Assembly (NCBI GenBank): GCA_029262755.1
Contig: JAJCYU010000108.1
Location: forward strand, 1 to 32,436
Direction of reading: 5' to 3'
DNA from: Anaerolineae bacterium
Lineage (GTDB): Bacteria; Chloroflexota; Anaerolineae; Epilineales; Epilineaceae
DNA length: 32,436 nt
The translations under genes and the position numbers were made by a program. The notes beneath the pieces are model-generated. The model was not told where the DNA came from. It was given only the letters and a program-made list of their open reading frames with translations, and ran no database searches. Below are positions 1-9,500 of this stretch, in pieces; within the stretch, counting starts at the first letter, position 1, and each line of letters begins with the position of its first letter.

Positions 1-1
1 C

Positions 2-3000
2 GAGTCGCCGACATCGCCGCCCGACGCGCCCGCGCCGCTGCCCTTCGTGGGCCCGCTGAGCCTGGACGCCGTCCTGCAGGCCGTGCCGCCCACGCTGCCG
101 TTGACCGACGATCCCTTCGATCCGGATAACCTCGCTTGCACGGACACCGTAGTGCACGCCGTGGCGGATGTCGGTGGTCCCGGTGGCCCGTTCACCGATC
201 CGCTCGCCAACGACTACCTGCGCAAGCGTGACGTGCCGGCCGAGGCTCGCTTCGATCGGATCTTCGAGCCGGATCTGGCGATGGCGGGCGAAGAGCACCG
301 CTACCGCATCGAGTTCGGCAACAGTGGCCCCTCCACGGCGGTCGGCGTCGTGCTGACCGACACCTTGGACTTCAAGCAGCCCGCGCTGACCGGCGAGACC
401 TTCGTCCGCTGTGAGCCGCTCGATCCCGACGACCTTGTGACCTGCTCCTACGATCCAGTCGCCAACCTGGTCACCGTGGAGCGCTACCTCGATCACAACG
501 AGCCGATTATCGACGGCGGCGTCGGTACGCTCGTGCCGGGGCTGGCCTATGCCTTCGATCTCGTGACGATGGTCGACAAGGGCTATGTGCTGGACGCCGA
601 GAACGCGCAGAGCGCGACGGCCTTCAACTCGGAGGCCGGCGCCATCGCGCGCAACACGGCCTTCATCAGCACGACCACGACCGATTTCCGCACCGCGAAC
701 GATCGCGACACGGAGCGCACGCGGATCATCGCCGAGGCCGATCTGGTCATCGACAAGACCGACCTCGTGCTCGATCCGCCGCCCAATCCGGACAATGCCT
801 TCTTGCAGTGCGATCCCGTCGTACCCGGCGGCATGATCACCTGGACGGTGGTCGTAACCAACACCGGGCCCTCCGACGCGGCCGATGTATACGTCGTCGA
901 CTGGCTGCCCGCTGCCTACGTTGCCGTTGACCCGGCACAGGTGATGGTCGAGGTCACGGAGGGCGAGGTCGTCGAGGTCCGTGACGATGGGCGGATTACG
1001 GTTCGCGTCGGCATGGGCGAGAACAACGCCGGTGTACCGGAGTTGGGCCGCGTGAACTGCGGCGACAGCGTGACGGTCACGATCGCGGTCATGGTCCGCC
1101 AAGAGGCGCCCTGCGGCGGGGTCGCGATCAACCGCGCTCGCGTCGAGACCCGGCGCAACGACACGGATTGGCCGCCCGTGATCGTCGGCCCGCCCGAGAA
1201 GCCCACCGTGGACGATCCGGCGGGCGTTGCGCCGACGGAGCCGCGCACCCCGACGCTCGACCCGGACCCCTCCAACAACGAGGCGCTCGAAGCCACGACC
1301 ATCGAGTGTCCCTCGATCGCGGTCAACAAGACGATCTCCTTCGACGGGCGCTGCCCCGGCGCCGACGTGCCGCAGATCAACCGCACGGGTCAGCCGGTCA
1401 CGTTCTGCTACGAGATCACCAACAACGGCACGACCTACCTCGACACGATTCGCGTCACAGACACGCTGCGCACGCGCACGCTCGGCGACACGATCATCTT
1501 TACCGACACGATCACCTTCGGCGTCGATCCCAAGCTACCGGTCGCGCCGGGCGAGGTCGTGCTGCGGAGCGTCACCGTGCCGCACGTCACCAAGGAATGC
1601 GGCATCGCGGGCGACACCGTGGAGGTCACCGCGAACCCGGTGAACTCAGGCCGAACGGATCTGCCCTGCGTGCCGCTCGTATCCGCGATGGACACGGCCC
1701 GGATCGAGATCCCGTGCGCCGGTGTCGACTTCCGTTTGCAGTTGCCGATCCTCGGCACGGATGAATGCGACACCTGGATCCAAGTACAGAACGTGGGCGA
1801 TGCGCCTTCCATACCGCTACTGGTTGCCTGGGGCGAAGCAGGTAGTTGTCCGCCGCAGGCTGCGGGTCCGCTCAAGAGCGAGTGTGGCGGCTTGCTGCGG
1901 CCGGGTAGTGCGTGGACGTTTGCCAACAACCAGATTCCCGTCGGCGCAACCAGCGCCGTGGTGTACTCGCTATCCGCGGAACGCATCGAGGTGCAGCCGG
2001 GCACGGAGATTCCCTTCGGCGCGCTGATCTGCGACGAGTTCTTCTTCCGCGTCGTCGGCGATTACCTGGAGTGGGTGCGCTTCGACACGGCCTACCGCAA
2101 CCGCGGCGTGTGGCGTACGAACGACTTCGGCCGCTATCGCGGCGAGCCGATGGCCGTCTCCGTCAACCGCAACTGCCCCGACCCTATCGATCCTGCGCTG
2201 TCGGTCAACGCGGCGTACATCGGCATCTCGAGCGACCTGGAAGGCGCCTACGACCCCGCCAGCGGTGGTCATGCCTTCTACGCGCCGCTCGTCTTCGCCA
2301 ACCGCACGGATCTCAACAGCGCGTTGCACATCCAGAACTCCGGCATGCTCTGCACGTCGCTCGAACTGTGGTTCTATGCGGCGGATAACTGCATGCGCCC
2401 GACGCTCGGCGATGTGCTGAGCCTTGCCCCGGGCGAGACCATCACCTTCGATCCGAACACCGTGGTCGGCCCAGACTGGCTGGGCTCGGCATGGATCCGA
2501 TCGACCCAGCCCCTGGGCGTCGTTATCGACACCCTCGGCGCCAACCACTTCACCAGCTACAACGGCTATCCGGCCGACGTCTTCGAGCTCGACTTCACCT
2601 ACGGCAACCAGGTGAACTTCCTGCCGCTGACCTACAGCGAGTACCAGGGCTGGGATACCGCCATCCAAGTCCAGAACCTCTCCGGTGTGCACGCCGCCAA
2701 GGTCAAGGTCTACTTCATGGATCATGGCGGAGGCATCATCACGACGCTCGTAGACTGGATCTGCCCGCGCGGCAGCCAGACCTTCTTCCTGCCCGTCATC
2801 GCCAGCCTGCCCGGCGGTTGGGTCGGCAGTGCGCGCGTCGAAAGCCAGGAATGGTTCGCGCCCGGCAGCCCCTTGGTCGATCCGCCCCGTGTGCTTTCCG
2901 TCGCGCTGCTCGAGCGTTGGAGCGATCCGGCGCGCACGCAGCGGCAGGAAGCCGTGGCCTACAACGGCCAGACGGAGTGCTTGATCTACGACTGGCAGAT

Positions 3001-3505
3001 CGGCTCGAATGCCGGTGGCAAGGCCAGCGGCTCTGCGGTCTTCGCGATTCCCTTGATCGCCAAGGGCTACAACGGGGTCACCAGCGAGATCGCGATCACC
3101 AACCTGGTGCCCAAGCCCGGCTTCACCGACTTCGTGATGTATCTATACGACCAGAACGGGCGGATCGACGAGGTCTGCCAGAAGCTCAACGAGAAGCAGG
3201 TCGAGTACATCGACCTCAACACCTGGGGCTGGATCCCGCAGCGCTATCTGGGCTCCATGGTCATATCCGCGGTCTATTGGGACCACCCGGTCTTCGACAG
3301 CCGCGGCGGCTTCGTGCGCAACCTGGTCGGGCTCGGCGGCGTGGCTGTTGAGCGCGTCGGCGGCACGCGAACCGGCGGCGATATCCCCGGCGATGAGTCG
3401 AAGGCCTTTGAGGCCTTCCCGATCTTCGACCACTTCGGGGTTGAGGATCCGCCCAACTGTCCGGGTATCGGACGACCGCGGACGCTCGGGACGGAGGTCC
3501 GATAA
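2..3505 (+). CDS. Large surface protein with DUF11 (Ig-like) repeats and a Cys-rich C-terminal 4-module domain; 5'-truncated by the window edge; paralog of the C-terminus of the downstream giant protein
   Basis: The frame is open from position 2 (ESPTSPPDAPAP...), so the GTG at 47 is not the true start. DUF11-type motifs are present (ADLVIDK...TNTGPSDAADV...DPDPSNN). It aligns colinearly by eye with 14659-18066 (e.g. TITFGVD, NPVNSGRTDLPC, DFRLQLPIL, TTLVDWICPRGSQTFFLPVI, PNCPG). Stop TAA at 3503-3505. Confidence 0.9.
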   Translation, partial: ESPTSPPDAPAPLPFVGPLSLDAVLQAVPPTLPLTDDPFDPDNLACTDTVVHAVADVGGPGGPFTDPLANDYLRKRDVPAEARFDRIFEPDLAMAGEEHRYRIEFGNSGPSTAVGVVLTDTLDFKQPALTGETFVRCEPLDPDDLVTCSYDPVANLVTVERYLDHNEPIIDGGVGTLVPGLAYAFDLVTMVDKGYVLDAENAQSATAFNSEAGAIARNTAFISTTTTDFRTANDRDTERTRIIAEADLVIDKTDLVLDPPPNPDNAFLQCDPVVPGGMITWTVVVTNTGPSDAADVYVVDWLPAAYVAVDPAQVMVEVTEGEVVEVRDDGRITVRVGMGENNAGVPELGRVNCGDSVTVTIAVMVRQEAPCGGVAINRARVETRRNDTDWPPVIVGPPEKPTVDDPAGVAPTEPRTPTLDPDPSNNEALEATTIECPSIAVNKTISFDGRCPGADVPQINRTGQPVTFCYEITNNGTTYLDTIRVTDTLRTRTLGDTIIFTDTITFGVDPKLPVAPGEVVLRSVTVPHVTKECGIAGDTVEVTANPVNSGRTDLPCVPLVSAMDTARIEIPCAGVDFRLQLPILGTDECDTWIQVQNVGDAPSIPLLVAWGEAGSCPPQAAGPLKSECGGLLRPGSAWTFANNQIPVGATSAVVYSLSAERIEVQPGTEIPFGALICDEFFFRVVGDYLEWVRFDTAYRNRGVWRTNDFGRYRGEPMAVSVNRNCPDPIDPALSVNAAYIGISSDLEGAYDPASGGHAFYAPLVFANRTDLNSALHIQNSGMLCTSLELWFYAADNCMRPTLGDVLSLAPGETITFDPNTVVGPDWLGSAWIRSTQPLGVVIDTLGANHFTSYNGYPADVFELDFTYGNQVNFLPLTYSEYQGWDTAIQVQNLSGVHAAKVKVYFMDHGGGIITTLVDWICPRGSQTFFLPVIASLPGGWVGSARVESQEWFAPGSPLVDPPRVLSVALLERWSDPARTQRQEAVAYNGQTECLIYDWQIGSNAGGKASGSAVFAIPLIAKGYNGVTSEIAITNLVPKPGFTDFVMYLYDQNGRIDEVCQKLNEKQVEYIDLNTWGWIPQRYLGSMVISAVYWDHPVFDSRGGFVRNLVGLGGVAVERVGGTRTGGDIPGDESKAFEAFPIFDHFGVEDPPNCPGIGRPRTLGTEVR

Positions 3506-3507
3506 TG
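3493..3507 (+). promoter_or_regulatory. Shine-Dalgarno GGAGGT plus TAATG stop/start overlap (translational coupling)
   Basis: GGAGGT at 3493-3498, 6-nt spacer, ATG at 3505 sharing its A with the upstream TAA. Confidence 0.8.
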
Positions 3508-6500
3508 ACGACCCCCAAGCGCCTTCCGGCGCTTCGACCCACGCGGCGACGCGAGCGGTTGCCCGGGCCCGGCGATGGCCGGGCGGCCGACCGTACGCTG
3601 CGCCTCACCGTGCCCCGACGCGTGCTGCGCGCCGCGGGCCTCGCGCTGCTCTTTGCGGCGGCGCTCGGTTCCGGCGTCGCGCGCGCCGGCCGTTCGCCCA
3701 GCGAAACCGCGTCGCCGGATCTCGCGCCCACGATGCTCATGGGCGGTGGTTCGCCCGCCGAGGGCTACTACACCTTCATCGACAGCAACGAGCCCCCAAA
3801 TCCTCCGGGCGTCATACCACCGGAATTCGACTTTGACGATATCCACTTCACGGGCACGCCCCTTGGCCTGACCGATGACTCGTGTAGCTTGGTGCCCATG
3901 GACGGCGAGTTCGGCGCCGACGACGACGAGCCGCCCTTCGTCTTCACCTACCATGACATCGACCACCAGCAGATCTTCGTTTGCTCGAACGGCCTGCTGA
4001 GCTTCGGCGCGCCGTTCACATCGTTCGCCAACGCGTGTCCGCCGACGGCCACAACCCCGTTCGGCGCCATCCTGCCCTACTGGGACGACCTCAACCCGAG
4101 CACCTTCGGCGAGGTCTACTGGGAAGTGAAGGGCGACTTCCCGATGCGCACCTTCATCGTGCAGTGGGAGCAGGTGAGCCGCTTCGCGGTATCGGCTGAC
4201 ACCGTGATCGTCCAGGCCAAACTCTTCGAGCGCAGCGGCGACATCATCTTCGAGTACTTCAACGTCGAGAGCGGCGCACCGGACCCGCTCGCCTTCAAGC
4301 CCGGCGGGGAGCTGATGGTCGGCTCCACGGCGGGGCACAAGGTCCAGCGCTGGTCGGGCGGCACCTTCGTCGGCAACCATGTCCGCAGCCGTCAGACCGG
4401 GCTGATGAACCCGGGCGGCATGACCGTAGGCGACGGCACGGACGGCGGTCCCGGCGATCTCGACGGCGACACGTTCGACGATCTCTTCGTCTCCAGCTTC
4501 GACACGAATGAGGTCATCGCCTACCGCGGTTCAACGGCGGTCCCCGGCCTGCTCAATCAAGGCTTGCCGATCTCGAAGTTCATCCCAGCGGGCTTAGGCG
4601 GGCTGGACGGACCGCGCGGCCTGACCTATGGCCCCGGAAACAACCTGTACGTGGCGAGCTTCAACACAAACCAGGTTCTGCGCTACGACGGCGCAACGGG
4701 CGCCTTCCTCGGCGTCTTCGTGGCCGCGGGCAACGGTCTTAGCGGGCCCGACGATATCGTGTTCGGCCCGGACGGCAACCTCTACGTCAGCAGTCACGGC
4801 TCCGATCGCGTGCTGCGCTACACCGCGGGCGGCGTATTTCTCGATACCTTCGTCGCCGCGGGTTCGGGCGGGTTGGACGGACCGCGCGGTTTGGCCTTCG
4901 GGCACGACGGCAACCTCTATGTGTCCAGCGAGAACACCGACGAGGTTCTGCGCTACTACGGCGTGAGCGGCGCCTTCGCCGGCGACGCGGTAGCGGCGGG
5001 CATGAACGGACTGGACGCGCCGCGGGGTCTGCGCTTCGGTGCGGACGGCAACGGCGACGGATTTGCCGATCTGTACGTGTCCGGCTTCGCCTCGGATCAG
5101 GTGCATCGTTTCGACGTCGGTCTTCAGCCGACGTGGAGCGGAGCCGGTCTGAGCGATCCACGCGGCATGACGCTCGGTCCCACGGGCGATATCTTGGTGG
5201 CCAATTTCGGCGGCAACAACATCCTGCGTTTCGACCAGGCCACGGGCTTCTTTGCAGGCACGCTCGTGCCGGGGGGATCGGCAGGACTCACGGGTCCGAC
5301 CGACATCGCGGTGATCGGCACCGACATCTATGTGACGAGTTCGTCCAACGAGGTGCTGCGCTTCAACGGCACGACCGGCGCGCCGGTCGGCACGGGCAAG
5401 TTCGTTTGGAATCCCTTCCCGCCGTTTCCGGACGAGACCGGGGGGCTCGTGGGTCCACGCGGCATCGAGGTCGGCCCGACCGGGGATCTCTTCGTCACGA
5501 CCTCGACGAATGTCGTGAAGCGCTACCAGGGCCCGAGCGGGGGCTCGCCTGGCAGCTATCTCGGCGACTTCATTACAGGTCTCAGCTCCCCGGTCGGCAT
5601 CCTCCTGCGCGGCGGCAACTTCTTGATCGCGGATCGGGGCACGGCCAGCGTGCGCAGCTTCTCCGCTACGACGGGCGCGCCGGCCGCGGGTGGCGTCGCA
5701 CCGTTTACGGGAGGCTTGGACGATCCGGAGCACATGTTGGTGGATCCCGCGAGCTCCGCCCTATTGGTCACGGACTCTGCCACGGATGCGATCCTTGCCT
5801 TCGACGCCACCGGGGCCCTGCTGGGTGATTTCATCCTGGCGGGTGAGGGCTTCCTCACCGAGCCGAGCGGGATCGCAGTCGGTGCCAGCGGCTGGGTGCT
5901 CGCGGCGTCCGCGTCCATTTCGACCATGCACCAATGGCGCCCCCTCGTGGTCGGCCCGCTCGGCACCGGCGGCGACGGCAGCCGCGGTGCCTCGGCGTCG
6001 ATCGGCCTCGACGGCCCCGATGCTCCCAACGCCGGCCTCGGCTACGTCTGCAATCCCGGCAACACCGGTTACGCGCCCTCCGTCGACGCCGGCCTCGCCG
6101 TGCGCTTTGACGCTCCGCCGCCACCAGGGGCCGACCTCGAGGTGCTCTACAAGAGCACGGACATGGAGTGCTACAACGAGGGTGATCCGATCACCTTTGA
6201 GATCAAGGTCACGAACAACGGGCGCTACAACGCCACGGGTGTGACCGTGGAGGACCAAGTGCCGCCGGAGATCATCGTCACCGGCTCCAGCGCCACGAAA
6301 GGCTCCTACGACAGCGGAACCGGCATCTGGACCATCGGCGATCTTGCGCGCGACGAGATGGCGACGCTCCAGATCTTCGGCACGATCGGTCCGGACACCG
6401 CGGCCGATCACGGCCGTTTCCGCGAGGAGTTCGTCGTCGACGACGAGGTCCCCACCGGCCGCCTGCGCAAGCCGATCGATGCCGTGATCGGGCCGGACGG

Positions 6501-9500
6501 CGCCATGTACGTTTCCAGCTACGACACCGACCAGATTCTGCGCTACAACCGGACGACGGGTGCGTTCATCGACATCTTCGTCGAGGACAATCCCAACACG
6601 ACCGTAAGCGAGAGCGGTGGCCTCAACGGTCCCATGGGCATGGAGTGGGGGCCCGACGGCCTGCTCTACGTCACCAGCTTCGTGAACAATGTGGTGCTGC
6701 GCTACGACGGGACGGGTGCCTTCGCCGGCACGTTCGTCGACGAGACCTCGATTCCCTTCCCGAACGGCATGAAGGGCCCGAAGGACCTGACCTTCGGCCC
6801 CGGTGGAGAGCTCTTCATCAGCAGCTCCACCAACAGCCAGGTGCGGCGCTACAACGGCACGACGGGTGTCTTCGAGGCCATCGTGGCCGCCTCGAACGGC
6901 GATCCCGCCATGCCCTTCCCAGGTTCGACCCTCACCCTACCGAATGGTCTGGTCTTTGGGCGCGATCTAAACGGCGACACCTTCGACGACCTGTGGGTGT
7001 CCAGCGAGGGCACGAGCGAGGTGCTCGTGTTCAGCGGCAACCCGGCGTTCCCTGCCCTACTCCAAGCCTTCGTGCTTGGCGCGGACGGCGGGCTGGCCGG
7101 TGGCTCCCACATCACCTTCGGTCCGGAGGGCGACCTGTACGTCAGCAGCGCAGGCGGCGGCGCCGTGTTGCGCTACGACGGCGGCGACGGCGGTTTCCAC
7201 TACGCCTTCGTGCCGCCTGCCCGTGGCGGTTTGGACAGCCCACAGGGCCTGCTCTTCAACGACGGCCGGCTGCTCGTGGTGAGCGCCGGAACCAACCAGG
7301 TGCTCAGCTACGAGACCACGCCGTCGGGCGACCTCGTAGACACCGTCGCCACGGGGCTGCCGGCCCTGCGCGCGGTGCGCGAGTCGGATGACCGATCGCT
7401 GCTCTATGCGGGCTTCCGCAATCCGACGAACAGCACCGAGTTGATCGTCCGTCGTTATCAGAACACCGACGGCGGCTTCGTCGATGATTTCATCGAGCTG
7501 GATTTCATCATCAACACGATCATCGAGGTCTACGATATCGCGCTTGTGCGCGTGGACGACGACACGGAGCGCCTCTATGTCGCCGTGCGCTTCGGTTCCG
7601 GCGACAACGCGATCCTGAAGTTCGGTGGTCCGACCGACATGGACGACCCCGGCATGTTTATCGGCTTTACCGCGTCGTCGCCCTTCGAGGTCTACACCGG
7701 GCTAGACGTGGGTCCTGACAACAACCTATACGTGTCCGTCGTTTCCCCGTTTACCTCACGAGTGCACCGCTACACCTCCGATGGCGCCTCGATGGGCTCC
7801 TTCGCGGCGGGCAGTGGTCTCGCGCAGCCATGGGGCTTGGACTTCGGGGAAGACGGTCATCTCTACGTGGCGGACTCCGCCAACGACCGCGTGATGCAGA
7901 TCGATGGCGCGAGTGGTGGCATCCTCAACCCGAACTTCATTCCGTCGGGCAGTGGCGGGCTGGACGCGCCGCGCGGCGTGCGGATGGGCGACGACCGCCA
8001 GCTCTACGTTGCAAGCGGCAACAACGATCGCGTCTTGCGCTACGACGGCATGACCGGCGCCTATCTGCCGCCGACCTTCGCCTCGTCCGGGATGGATAGT
8101 CCCGACAAGCTCGCAATCGCCCCCAACGGCGATATCTACGTCGCGAGTGCGGACAACGACCGCATCCTGCGCTACGACATCGGTGCGTCGTTCAACCAGG
8201 TTCTGTCGCAGGTCTCCGTGGACGGCCTCAACTGTGGTCGCTATCTGATCTTCGGCCCCGACGACAACCTCTACGTGTCAAGCCACCACGACGACGTGGT
8301 GAAGCGCTACGACGGCACGACGGGGGCGTTCATCGACGTCTTCGCCAGCCATCCGCTGCTCGACGGCCCAGAAGATCTGATCTTCGGCCCCGACGGCAAC
8401 CTGTACGTGGCGAGCTTCTTCAACAACCGCGTGCTGAAGTTCAACGGCTCGACCGGCGCCTTCATTCAGCAGGTGGTGCCCGGGCCCTTTGCATTCATCG
8501 CGGAGAAGCAGCTCGATGGTCCCGTCGGCCTGGCCTTCGGTCCGGAGGACGATGACCTCTACGTGACCAACCACACGGGCAATACCATCACCCGCTACCT
8601 CGGCCCCGGCTTCGGATTCTTGGAGGGCGCACCCTATACGGCGCCCTTCGTGGAGGTCGGCGGCTCCCCGTCGCTCGTTGCGCCGCGTGACTTCGTATTC
8701 GGTCCGGACCTCAACGGCGACGTGATCGGCGAGCTCTTCGTCAGCACGCCTGGCGGTGTCATGGCCTTCGACGGCGAGCTCGGCACCTATGTATCGATCT
8801 TCGCGCAGGGCAACGGCCTGTCCGGCGCGGACGGCCTTCAGTTCGGTCCGGACGGCAACCTCTACGTGGTGAGCCGCGGTACGAGCAACGTGCTTGCCTT
8901 CACGCCACAGGCACCGCCCAACGGCGTAGGCCTCTTCGCCGGTGAGTTCGTGGAGTTCGACCCCAACGACGAGGAGTCGGACCAGCTCAGTGATCCCTAC
9001 GGTCTGGTCTTCGGTCCGGACGGTGACCTCTACGTGGCCAACTGCAAGGGCCACAACGTGCTGCGCTACGACGGCTTCATCCCGAATTACGCGGAGATCA
9101 GCGGGCAGTCCGTGCCGGCTGTATCCCCCTCGGACCCGCGCTCCGTCAACAACATCGCCAGCACCGGCGTTGTTGTCAAGGGCGCCGATCTGACGATCAC
9201 CAAGACGATCGACAACCGGACGCCCTACGAGGGCGATACGGTGGTCTACACGATCAAAGCGATCAACCTCGGCCCGGAACCGGTCACGATGGCCTCCGTC
9301 GACGAGGTCATGGATCCGGGTATCACGATCGTGGACTTCTCGACGGACCGCGGCACCTATACGCCGACCAGCGGAACGATGGGCACGTGGGACATCGGCG
9401 CGCTCGGCGTCTTCACGCCTTCCACGCAAATCGGCGACATGGCCACGTTGATCCTGACCGGCACGGTGGACGCCGGCGCCGCAGCCGTCGTGGACGTCAT

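Noticed and set aside
98..3470. Diversity-generating retroelement or recombinational cassette switching between the paralogous 3' ends
   Set aside because: Differences are spread throughout, include many synonymous changes and indels, and are not adenine-specific. No reverse transcriptase or recombinase is in the window.
3505..3690. Twin-arginine (Tat) signal in the giant protein (TRRRER, PRRVLR)
   Set aside because: Poor match to S/T-R-R-x-F-L-K, and folded export of 4860 aa is implausible. A Sec signal with a long basic n-region, or a start at GTG 3610, is simpler.
4276..9078. Virginiamycin B lyase or other enzymatic function for the propellers
   Set aside because: The similarity is to the generic blade repeat only; I could not identify a catalytic residue set.
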